A stretch of 64,000 nucleotides of DNA. It comes from the human T2T-CHM13v2.0 reference genome, Homo sapiens. Below the pieces are notes generated by a model. The model searched no databases. It was not told where the DNA came from and saw only the letters and a list, made by a program, of their open reading frames with translations. The position numbers and the translations under genes are program-made. Position 1 is the stretch's first letter, and every line of letters starts with the position of its first letter. Shown here one piece after another: positions 44,691 through 58,871 of this stretch. The stretch lies in the NCBI RefSeq assembly GCF_009914755.1, contig NC_060930.1; one strand, written 5' to 3'.

Positions 44691-45858
44691 AATCTGAAAG
44701 GGGATTTTCGTGTGGGTGAATGGAAAGAAAAACAACAATTTCGGTTTGATTGTTAGAAATAATTCTAAGCCTGTATTTCCCAAAGTCCTTCACTGGCCCT
44801 GGGCAGGGAGCCCTGAATACTGGGAGGCCTGACAGCGTTTCTCTCCAAGGAAGACACCGCTACTCAGAAGCACCTCAGCTCTGCTGACTCCAGGCTGTGC
44901 CCAGGCCAGACCTAGTGGGTCTTGATCAGGGAAGAGATTGCTGCTGCAACCTGGCCTGTCCTTTGTCCCCCCAGACCCCTTCAGTATTTGTGCAAGAGGG
45001 GAAGGGCTCTATGTAAACACTGTCACTCCCTCTATGGCCATCGGGCCCTCCACACCCACTTATTCCAACTGGAGGGTAAACAGAGCCAATTGTGTGTTCT
45101 GTTTTGCTTGTCTTTTAAATTGCCAGATCTTACTGACTTGACTTACCTATTTTCAAAAATTGGTCTATTTCTGCTGTTAGGAGGACTGTATGTCTATATG
45201 TGTGTTCATTCAGCAAATATCTCTATACCCGTTTTGTGCCAGGCATCAATCAGTTGCACCATGCATTTGGGATATAAGGGAGACAGAACGGAGGCTCTGC
45301 CCTCGTGGGGTTTGCAATCTCTACAAGAGACATTACAAACAAGGGAACATCAGATATTATGAGAAATGATCAGTGCCATGAAGAATGGGAGAGAGAATGA
45401 ATTGAGATTGGAGAGAGTCTCTCTTAGGAACACCCAAATAAAACTTGGTTGTTCATAACCTGAAGAAGGAAATAAAACAATGCAATTTATCCTGCCTCTG
45501 ACAACAAGGGAAAACCTTTGGCCTCTCTTGGATTGAATCTCTAAGTTCCTGACTTTAGTCTCTCTGTGCCTCAGTTTTCTACCTTTAAAATGAATTTAAT
45601 AATGGTCACAAACTCCTGGAGTTGTTGCAAAGAGTCATTAATACTGGCAATGTGCTTAGAGTGGGGCCTGACAAGTAGAAGTAGTAGGACTTGATATAAT
45701 TATGTACAGGAATGATGGTTGGTGAGGGTCCAGCATTTGTGCAAGAAGGCCGTGTTCCAGAGTGTCAGACTCTGGGGCTGTTGCTTTGCTAGGAGATAAT
45801 AAAAGTCACAACCTCTCTGAATATCAGCTTCCCTTTTTGACACATGGGTTCCTATTAG

Positions 45859-46260
<402 letters not shown>

Positions 46261-49200
46261 TGATGTTATTGAGCAATAACACGGACCATTAGTGACCTAT
46301 TTGAATATATGGTTATGAGTGCTGTCCAAATGTACATCTGTCATCATTTGTGCTACACATCTTGTTCTGTTTACTTCGATGTCTGTTTTCTGCTAAGGTA
46401 ACATCTTATGACTTGAACACGTTACAGTTCATTACCTGGTCTTACCGTGTTGCGTCCAGAACTGTTGTGTGAGTTGCAGTTAACCTTGAGCTGTAGGTAA
46501 GAGATGCACATTTGAATCCAACTCATATTTGAGGCTCTGATTCCCTTACTTCTCCCTAATACCATTTCCTCCTCCGAGAGCTCTGTCCACACCTGGGGTC
46601 AGCTTGGTTGTGCCAGCCAACACTTTGTGTTATATCAGACGGAAGGGAGCAGAGAGCTGAATGAGCCTATCATGCTGTGGGGTCTCAGATGTATATAATT
46701 TTGTTAAGTGAATGAATCTCAATAAAAGCCAACATGTTATATGGGCACTCTTCTACATGCTGTGGTGAGGGGTAATTTTGGCCCAAAGGTAAAGAATAAT
46801 AAATTAGTATGTTATACTACTTTCAGTAACAAAGAGGCAACATTCCCAGCCTTAATTTTTTTTTAAATTTGCAAAAATCAAAATGACTAGAGACACCAGG
46901 CTGTGTTTTAGTGTGTGGGCAGCTTGGTGGGTCACCCATCCTGTGCCTGTACCCCATTCCCCATGGGTACTCTTTTGGTGCCAGAGCTTCCCAGGCAGCA
47001 TAGAGCCACCTCCGGAATTCTCCCCACCCTACCACTGTTCTGAGTTAGGTTACTGGGATGAACCCCAGAGCCCACCCTTCAGTAATAAGACAATACTCAG
47101 ATGCCATTTCCACCCCTCACCAGCCTCCCCCTCCCAGTGTAGACAGAATTAGTAGGAACCTCTGACGGATCCCCTAATCACCTCCAACAGGTTTTGTTCA
47201 AGGACAAGTTACTTCTACAGGATGTGTTCCTCTAGGCATCCTCTGCCCTAGGTTCATTTCGTTGTGTTGATGGTGTTTTGCCACTGCAGGAGATTGGACA
47301 ATTTTTCTATAAGTTGAAATTTAAAATCAGCAAATGTTTCTCTCAAGATCTCCTGAGTTCGTAATACCATGTAAGACCCTTTTAGAAGATAGAAAAACAA
47401 AGAGGGAGTTTTGTAGTGGCATCCCCCCTCTCAGGGAAAAAGACTTGGTCAACTGCATTGTTTGAGCCAGTCTATTAGAGAAGAGGGGAGGCGGCACTTC
47501 CTTTTGTGTCCAATAGATATGGGTTCTTAATGAGCATCTTTTTTTTTTTTTTCTCTGTAGGAAATGAGCGCAGAAGCTTGTTGAGGCCACTTCTGCTTCT
47601 GTTGTTTGTGTTAAGTATCCTGTATGTCAATGACACATTCTTGAGGTTTCACTTCTCCCTACCCCAGGCCTCACTTGAATATAATTCATCAAATGACACT
47701 GAAATCACATCTGATGTTATCATTGCCTTCAACCACACAGGTGCAGCCAGAAAGAGGAAAACAGATGGGAAGTCTTGTTTCATTTCATTTTGCAAGTTAA
47801 ATAACCTTGGGGAAAAACACTTGACCTGGTTTTGTGAGAGCTTGGCTGTTGGGTTCTTCAGTAGTGTTTTATGAGAAGGTAGCACCTGCGTCCTCCATCA
47901 GCACCCTTTTAACGGGCAAGCACATCACGCAAATAACAAATGTCGCATGCCTTTTATGTGTCAGGCGGCCTGTAATGATCAGATGATGAGGCAGGTCAAC
48001 TGGCATTCTCTGTAGTTTTCCAGTGGGAACTCCAGGTCTCAAACTCACGTATCTATTAAGTAGTAGAAGCAGAACTAGAAATTAGTTCTCTTCCCTTCTA
48101 ATCCAGTGTTCAGCCCTTGCGCGTACTGCAAACGGACAGCAGAGTTGGCCTCAGGCCCCCCACGTGTGCACTGTACAATTGTGGTGCTCTTTTTCAGCCT
48201 ATTCACGAGGTTTGTGTTTGGATCGCATGGCCTTGCCACTGCCTCTGTCTTCACCCAGCCAGACCCACACGTTTGTCATGTGCCTCTCTGAGCATCCGAG
48301 GCTGCAGCGACCTGTTTACCGTGCTGCCCTGTGGTATTGGGCTTTTGGAGGTCACTGTGCATGTGTATGTATGATGAAGTTTTATATCAACCTAAAAACA
48401 CCTACTCAAGGAGGAAAACAGAATCTTCAATGTGTCTTAAATCTCCAGTTAAGCTGTGCACAGTGGTTACAGAATGTCACAGCAGTTGAGCTGGATGCAG
48501 TAATAACGCCTTATCAGATTAATGTATTAGATTATAGGTTTCTTAAGCTTCTGGAACCATAGCGATGGCTAATTGAAAAGGATCATCTATGTTAGGCGCA
48601 ATCCTCATGTAAGATCCTGCAGTGACTACATGGTGCTGTAGAATTTATTACACATTTCTCATTCTGAGCCTCATCCCTGAATAAGACCCTAACCTCCTGT
48701 TCCAGGTCTTTCTCCCAATACTGACCTATTCAAAGCCCTGTGCTCCAGGCAGTCTGGAGGTGCCTGGGCCTTGGGGGTGCTGCTGCCTTCGCTCAGGGGC
48801 CCTCACACCCTGCCTATCTCTGCTTCTTGTCTCCAGGATCCTCCCCTCCCCAACAAGGGACTCCCATTGCAGGCAACCTTGCCTCTCCCTCCCACATCCT
48901 CAACACTCGAGCCCCATGAGTAAAGGACTCTTACTCTTCATGAGTAAAGGAGGTCTTCCGTCCTATGGAGCACCTAGCAATGTGACTGCTATAGGACAGC
49001 CTCTTAAGAAATTCAGCCAGGACGATTTTACTTTGCAAAGTACAGTAGGGTGATGATTATCATCGTGATGGCTCCTGGAGGCATAGCCATCAGTTCTTCA
49101 TCCTTACTTCCAACAGAAACCTGTGGATTTCTGTTTGGATTAAGGAATGAGAGGGACATTTGCTGAAAACTTTCTATGCACCAACACTTTCATAGAATTT

Positions 49201-49427
49201 TTTTTTTCTCAGTTGTCACCACAGTCGGCCTCACTTCAACAACAGCAGGCAGTGTTGGCTGGTGTCTCTGATGAGGAAAGTGAAGCCTAGAAATAAGGAA
49301 TTCACTTCAAAGGCACCTTGTACGAATTTCATACTTGAAATCCAGTTTGGCTGAAATAAAAGCCTGTGATTTTTTTCATAACAACTAAGTATAATGGATA
49401 AAATTTGGTTAATTAAAGATTTTTTTA

Positions 49428-49673
49428 GGCCAGGCGTGGTGTCTCACTTCTGTAATCCCAACACTTTGGGAGGCCAAGGCAGGCAGATCACTTGAGGTCA
49501 GAAGTTTGAGATCAGCCTGGCCAACATGGCAAAACCCCGTCTCTATTAAAAATATGAAAATTAGCCAGACTAAAATTGCCTGAACCCAGGAGGCGGAGGT
49601 TGCAGTGAGCCAAGATCGTGCCACTGCACTCCAGCCTGAGCTACAGAGTGAGACTCCATCTCAAAAAAAAAAA
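49428..49673 (+). mobile_element. AluS with right-monomer internal deletion
   Basis: AATTAGCCAG-ACTAA-AATTGCCTGAACCCAGG junction. Confidence 0.92.
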
Positions 49674-49710
49674 TGGATTTTTTAAAAACTATAAAATAAG
49701 TTTAGAAGAG

Positions 49711-50421
<711 letters not shown>

Positions 50422-50427
50422 GACACA

Positions 50428-50580
50428 ACTGGATATTAGATGATGTTATGGAATTCTTGGTACTTTTTTCAGGTATCATAATGGCTTGTGGTTCTGTAGG
50501 AAGATGTCATGGGGGGATGCATGATGAAATATGTTGGGATGAGGAGTGATAGAGAATTGCACATTAATTTCAAAGGTTCC
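50428..50580 (+). mobile_element. Old L1M 3' fragment
   Basis: GGATATTAGATGATGTTATGGAATT...ATAATGG...GATGCATGATGAAATAT. Confidence 0.6.
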
Positions 50581-51318
50581 ATACCAGCAGAAGTGTTTGT
50601 GGGGGTGATGAAAAAACTGCAAAGGCACCACGATGGCAAGTAAGTTATGCAACATAGGCCATTGTGGGGCGGGGGGCGGGGGGTCTGTTGTACAAAATGC
50701 ATAAGATCTCCTGAGGGCCAGCAAGAAAGACAAAAAGGGTCTGTAAGAAGGCTCATATTTTGTTTCCGTTAAGGAATAGAGAGAGATACTAAGGCACTGT
50801 AGATTTGCCTAAAGAAAGGGTGTTATCTTCAGAGGCCTTCAGGCGAAGGCTCAGAGTTCCATGGCCAGCTGAGCTTCAGTGTGGTCTCTCCTGAAGGAGA
50901 ACTCGTCATGCTGACCTTGGACGTTCCATTGACGCCTCGGGATCAGGAGTCTGTCTCGATCTGTGTGTCTGCCTGCGAAGGGGCGTTGGGGACACCAGAA
51001 CATGTGCTCTGTCTCTGTTTACTGCCGGGCTCTCCGGAGTGAAGGGTAAATCTCCGGCCTGCTGCACCATGTTGGTTAATTCACATTTTCTGATGCTTTA
51101 AGGGCTTCAGATGTACCCTGCTGGCAAGCATTTTTTGTTTCTAAGGTTCATTCATGACACCACCCAAGATAAGTAAAGCTCTTTGGGGAGGTGCGTGTAA
51201 ATTCCATTTCAGAAGGGCTCAAAGGCACACAAGCAATTCAAGCCCATCGTTTGAGATTCATGAAGGACAATATCCTACCAAGAGTTAAGAGTAGTTCCAT
51301 TCCATTTGCATACCACAC

Positions 51319-51359
51319 TGTGTGTGTGTATGTGTATGTGTGTGTGCGTGTGTGTGTGT
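51319..51359 (+). repeat. Interrupted (TG)n
   Basis: TG run with TA/CG interruptions. Confidence 0.9.
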
Positions 51360-53041
51360 TTTGTATTTTTACCCCCATTGTAGGTCTAGGTTACATGAAA
51401 CTATAACCTGAAGTTAAATATCTTTGTGCTCAACCATTAGTAAACTCAGGAAAGCTTGTGAAAGAATAGTAGCAACTAAACCATTCTTTATAGTGCATGG
51501 GACATGCTGGGAAAAAGGGGCGAGGGAAGGCCACCACTGGGACTCTGGGGTGTGGCGTGATCTCTTGTAATAGATCAAGGGAAGAAGAATTTGCTCGTGA
51601 ACCCTGTTTCAAGAGATGTGATACAACAAGTTAAATCAGCAAGTCCATATCAGACATGTTTGTTTATACTGTGTCAAATTCTGGACAAAATATTTATTTG
51701 AAAGATAAAAAATATTTAGGTCTTAAAAGGCACTTTTTGTGGCAGTCAGAGATGTCAAGTTTTTAATCATTTCTCTTCCTAAGCTGTATTTAAAATCTGC
51801 AAAATCTATTCTTAAAATATACTTATGAGTGACTCAAAAGCATCACTTTACTCCTTAATTTTGCTAACACTGCAATATTCTCTGTTCTGATTGAAAATTT
51901 TTCTTCAAAAATAAGGTTATCAGGGTTTCTTCCACTCAGAAGGGTGGACATTTCCACAGATTATTGTAGTGCAGATCCCAAGGGTGAAGAGAAACAAAAC
52001 TTGAGCTTACAAATAGCAGTGGCCTTTAAAAAAAAATCAACACCAACATCATTTTTGAGAATAAAACTTAAACATCTGGTTTTCTTCTGGGAAACTGCAC
52101 TTCTTTTTTTTAACCGTAATCTTAAAAAAAAGTATTTACTAGTCCGCAAGCAGGAAGTTAAGAGAATGACTGCATACCTGAAAAATCCAACGTTGACACA
52201 TAGATTTTGTTTTTTAGGATCACAAGTATAATAAAACTGGATATAAATGTATCCTGCCTGGCAGAATTGCATATAAATATCTGTGTCAACATATGTTTGC
52301 CACAATTAGGAAAGGTTTCCATCACCCTCTTGCCTTGAGCACTAGTGGAAGAGTTTATTGCCATCTGTGATCATTAGAAACTGAAATCCAAGATTACATA
52401 GATAATAATAAACAACTGCTGCCTTGTCTTCCAAACGTGCTGCTGAGTAATATGCAGGGCGTTTTATGGGATGCAGACTTCATTCTGTTTTAAGAACTGA
52501 TATGGGCCTACATTAATATTTATTTAAATGATATCCTGTAACCACACAATAATGGGATTTTAAAATAGAACCCACTCTTGTACAGAATAAATATTGTGAA
52601 TTCAATTATTCTTATATCTGGCATATGGGCAACAGATTGAACTCCAAGTGAATGTTTTAAAGGTTTGGTAATACTGACATGATTGTCAGAGGGAAGGCTG
52701 TTGCTGCAATAAAACTGGCAATGAAGCAATGATTTAAGCATGTGAACTCCCACTTCCAGAGCTTTGAAATGTTATATGTTTCTGGTTGTTTTCTGCCCTG
52801 AGTGGAATTTTCTGTTTTACTGTAAATTGCTGCTGCTGTTTAATATGTGTATATTTTTCTTGGTATAAATTTCAAAGAGGATGTTGACCCAGTAGAAAAC
52901 CCCTTCACTGTAAGAAGAGCAGAAAGTGGCAGCATTCCACACATAGGACTGCAGTCCTGGTTTCTCTTTAGATTCCTTTGAGATCAATTTTCAAAGAGTC
53001 CTCAGCAAATGGACATTTGTTTTGGGATGGTATGTAGATAG

Positions 53042-53045
<4 letters not shown>

Positions 53046-53093
<48 letters not shown>
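53046..53093 (+). repeat. (AC)24 microsatellite
   Basis: Pure AC run. Confidence 0.98.
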
Positions 53094-53095
<2 letters not shown>

Positions 53096-53836
53096 CGTCC
53101 TTGCCCTCCTGCACTGAACCCTCTATATCTGGATTAAGTATTAACTTGACTTGAGTGAAAGGACTCAGGGTTGAATTCATTTAGTTAAATGGAGTTGGTT
53201 AATATTCTGCCCCTACTATTAATGATGTTATAATCTAGCAGAGAGGATAAACAATTGCACAAATTACAGTATTCATTGTACTATCCTGTAGAATAAGAAC
53301 CTGTGTTGTAGTAATAGCCCCAGGTAATTCACTGGTTAGAGAAGCACTACTCCAGGTAAGAATGTAGTGCTGTCATCTACATGCAAAGATAATGAGGCTT
53401 TGCAGAGGACTGGAATGCAATGGAAATAGAGAAGTTCATCCACGAGCAAGTGAGTGTGTGCATATGTGGGATTTGGGGAAGGGGACCTGATGAGAGAGAA
53501 GAAACTGAGGGTTCTAGCCTGGAAGACTAGACCTCCATTGGCCACAGTGGAATAAACAGCCATGGAGCCTGTTTGGATGTAAAGGGTAGGATTCACCAGC
53601 AGCAGTTTAGAGTGAGAGATGACTTTGGTACACACAGGTGGTGTGTACTTTGGCCAGTCTGAAATAAAGGATTGGACAGAGGAACACATTGCTGCTTGAA
53701 GCGATGCTTCTCACAGCCATTTGACAGTATCTGTCAAGGCCTCGAAGGGACTCTTTGACTCATTTTTCGGATATACCCTAAAGAAATAAACCTTTCTGGA
53801 CACCAGATTCTACATTGCGGCAACATTTAAACCTAA

Positions 53837-54273
<437 letters not shown>

Positions 54274-54689
54274 TGAATCATCCATTTTTTAAAAATCTAT
54301 ACTTCATAGATTTTCTATGATGTATTTCCTTTGATGACAAGAAATCAGACCAAAATAATAATGATAATTAGTTATCTTTGAACTTTCATACTTTGATTTT
54401 TATTTTATTTATACTTTTCTGTATTTTGGGAGATTTTCATATTTTTCAAGGTTTCTACAATTAGACAAAGAATATTTTATTTATAAAGTAAAAGTTAAAG
54501 ATATTTATCTGGGCAGCCTTTTCCTAGCAAGTGTGATGGAGGCCATAGACTATTTCACAGGGGATTACTGGTGATGCCATTCTTTATATTTGAACGGTAC
54601 TGCCCACAGTGCTCTCTTTAAAGCAGTTTGTACCTTGTTCAGCAGGGAGGCCAGTACATGGAAAGAATGGTACCTGGGGAATAGGTCCT

Positions 54690-55550
54690 GGTTAAAACAT
54701 TGACTTTACTCTGGTTGTGATGGGAAGCCCCTGGTGGAATTTGAACCCAGGAGTGCTGTGATATTGTATATGAGCAGAATTACTTTAGCTTCTTTGCGGA
54801 GAATCAGTGCTGGGGAGGCATGCATATAGGCAAGGAGATCAGTGGCCAGGAGGTGACTGTACCAGTCCAGCTGAGAGCTGATGGGATCTGGGATCAGGGT
54901 GAAAACTGAAGAAGTGGTGAACCATGGTTGAGTGTCTGCTGAGAGTGCAGCCCACAGGGTTTGTGGATGGCTTAGTTGTGGGGCATTGGAAAGAAAAAAG
55001 ATAAGGGATGAAGCCAAGGATATTATCCTGAATATCTGAGTACAGTTGACACCATTTTCTGAGGTTGTGAATATGGGAAAAGCAGGTTAGCAACGGGGAG
55101 AAACTGAGAATTATGCTTTGGCTACGCTAGGTCTGAAAGATGCATCTCAACTTTAAGTGGTGATGCCAGGTAGGTACGTGGATGTGTGAACCTGGTGCTC
55201 AGGAGAGGGGGCCGGTGTGGAAATACACACCTGAGAACTATCAGCAAATCAATGATATTTACAATCACCGGGCTAGATGAGGTATCAGAGTGAGATAGAG
55301 AAGAGGTCAGGAGGCTGATCTCAGGGCACCCCAGCACTTGGAAGATTCGGCCCAGGAAATGGGGAAGGAGCTGCCAGCAAGGAAGGAAAGCCAGGAGCCC
55401 ATGGCTTTCCAGAAGCTCAGTGGAGAATGTGCATCCTAGCAGCTGGAAAGTAAAGACAAGGAGAGTCGATCATTGGATTTTGCAGTGAGAAGGTCATTGG
55501 TGGCCTTGATAAACCGTTTCGATGGAGTGGAGGGGGCCAAAGTCTGATGA
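54690..55550 (-). mobile_element. L2 fragment
   Basis: GATGGGAAGCCCCTGGTGG...AGGTCATTGGTGGCCTTGA...GATGGAGTGG. Confidence 0.75.
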
Positions 55551-58475
55551 TCCTTCTTAGAAGGGAATGCTAAAGCTGAAGCTCTCAAAGATTTGAGCAA
55601 ATACTGTGGAAGAGTAAGAGAGCCAAGAAAATCTATGCCCAGGAATCCACAAGCTCACTTGTGGAGCAGAGGTTTCTGCATCTTCTGTGGCTGTGTCATC
55701 TCAAGGCTTCTAGATCCTCCAGCCTGTTTGAAATAAATATATACAGCAGCTCCAATTTTTCAATTCCTGTCTCTCTCTCTCTCAATCTGTGTCTTTGAAT
55801 TAAAACCACGAAACCAGTTCCACCTTTTTTCCATCCAGCACCCTCCTCCCCAGGTCTGCGTTTTAGGCAGCTTTTCAGGTGATGGACAGACAGGACTGTG
55901 GGGAGTGATGCAATGGGTGCTGCTGTCCTTTGGGGGACACCCCATCCCCTACACACAGGGAGTATTAGGACCTTGAAAGCCCAGCATGACAGCCACACCT
56001 TACACCTAGTGGAGTCGGACAGAGTCTTGTGGCTTGGACGCTGATCATAACAGAAGCATCTTTAGGTCAATATGCTGGAAGTAACTGAACAACACTGTGC
56101 AGTTCAGTTACCTGTAGGAAAACTTGCAGTAAGACTTGTAGGAAAATACAAGTTCTAACCTTGCATTTCAGAACTCTTCTTTACCTGCTACAGTGGATTC
56201 GGGGGTTCCCCTTCCCCTTGCTGGCAACCGCTCCCCACCTACAGATGCTTCAGAGCATCCGTAGAGCACGGTTGGGTTCCCAAGGAGGGGAACAGAGGGT
56301 AGGACAGAGCTGGGGGAGGAGAAGAGGATGTGGGCTAGTGGAGGGCTGCGAGCAAGTAAGGAGAAGCCCCAGGGAACTGGGCATGGGGAACTGGGCATCA
56401 GGCTTTCTAGCGGCCTCCTTCCTGCTAGTGCTGTCCTGCCCCGGGGGCTGGCTGGCTGCTTCCTCGGCCACTGCCACCAACCTGTCCACCAGAGCTTCTA
56501 GGCTTTCTGGCCTTCTGAGAGAACAGTCTCACAACTTCAGGACTCTGGTTCCTACAACAAGCACGCGGCATTTGGCATTTTCTGAAGAATTTTTGCTACA
56601 AGTAGCAAAAGGTCAACAGTTTAAAATTTGCTCCTAAAAATGTGCATGTCGTAATGTTCAGTGAAAAAAGGAAAAGGTCAGAGTACACGAAATTGTTTAA
56701 TCTCCATTCTCTATTATAAACACACAAGCAAAGCTGGAAGAAATCACCAGGGTATGGGCCACGATTGTCTCTGGCTTACAAGTGATGGTTTTTCCTTGCT
56801 TTTCTTTATTCTCTGGACTTTTTTTAACAGTAGGGAGTTGTGATTTTTATAACTTGAAAAGTAAATGTAAAGATTTCTTCCAAAGTTTGTCTTTTTGTCT
56901 GCTTTTATCATCGGCCTTGGCCAACCGGACACACCTAGGGCTGCTCTCAGGGCCTTGGGTGTCTATGGAGGACAGTCAGACTTGGTGGCCTGGGCCTTGG
57001 TCCTGGGCAAGGTGGGCAGGTTGGAGAGGCCCCCAGGCGAGTGTTGCCTGCATTGGCCATACCCCTCTACCTGGCCTCTCCCGCTTCCTCCATGCCCTGT
57101 TCTCAACAGGATGGCAGGAACACATGCAGGCTGGTAACAAATGTCCTAGGGCCATTATTCAGGAGCAAAAAACAAAGGAGAGAATAATTTCACAAACATC
57201 TATTCTTACATGGGCAGTCTTGGTGACAGGATACTGATAGTTAAAAGACAAGGAATGGGTAATTGAGGAGAACTTTAACTTCAAGTGATGTTTTAAAGAA
57301 TACTTTATAAGACCTTCTGCCGTGAAATGATACATGTCACTAATCGCTGGTTTAATTTGCCAAAAAGTTTCTGGGGAAACGAGCTTGAGGATCAAAGACT
57401 AAAATTTGCATATATGTCTAGTATGATTTCATTTGAATTTCCCCTTTCTAACTTAGCTGATATTTTGCTAATGACTTCTGTAGTTTCGCTTTTAAAACTG
57501 TTCTGTGAAAATACCTTATGCAGTGCTTTCTTAAAAGCCCCATTTGTTTACTTTTACTAAGCTGAAAGCACACTTTACGTCTGGGAGCAACCAAATAACA
57601 GATTTGCTCTCCTTTGAGGACTCATCATTCAGTTAAACATTTTTGAATAATGACAGTGGGTCTTGGGTTTCAAAGATGAGACCCAATTTCTGCACTTGAG
57701 GAAACCACAGGTCTAATCGGAGGGCAACAGTGTCATCTGGAAGTGCCGGCTCAGGGATGCCGTCCTGACGGAAGTCATGAATGCTGGAAGTGGGTCTCGC
57801 AGGGTGAGAGGAGTCACCAGGTAAAGATGGGTTGGAAGGACCTGGCAGGCAGAGCAGGGAGCAGGACCCCAGTCCAGGGCAGCAGGGAAGCGGGAGTCTG
57901 GGCAGAGCTGATTCCAGGCAGCTCAGTATTGCTGGCCTGTGCATCCTGAGACTTATCCGAGTCGCAGGTGAAGCTGGTGGGAATCAGGCAGAGTGCAGAG
58001 CTTTAGCTGGGGCAGGGTTAGCCAAGAGCCTGTCATGGAGCTGCTCTCTGGGCACTGGGAAACATAAGTCTGGAGGCTTTGGCTGCAGCTGCAGATAAAG
58101 ATGCAGGGGCCTCTGACGATGGGGGCCTTAGTCATCTCAGAGGTGGTGCAGAGGGTAGAAGCCTGACTGGGGTCAGAGATGAGGAAGGAGAGGGTCAGAA
58201 ACAGTGATTCTAAACCAATTTGGTTGAGGCAGAAGATACTAATGGCCGAGGGGAGGAGAGAGGGAGCGTAGGCTCTAAAGGGGAAGCTTGTTAGGAATGA
58301 TCCATTGTATCATCCTCCGTGGAGGCTGAGAGTCAGTGCAGAGGGTGAGTTTGGATGTATGGGAGGCAGCAGTGAATGGCCGAGATGGAGAGTGCTGGTG
58401 ACCAGGTTGCCCCTCCACAGTTCTGACTGTCCCTTTTCTGTACCTGAGGGAGGAGGGGAAAAAGAGTGAAGTTGA

Positions 58476-58871
<396 letters not shown>

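Noticed and set aside
44476-44783. Hydrophobic and Lys/Ile-rich ORFs
   Set aside because: Artefact of the T-rich low-complexity tract
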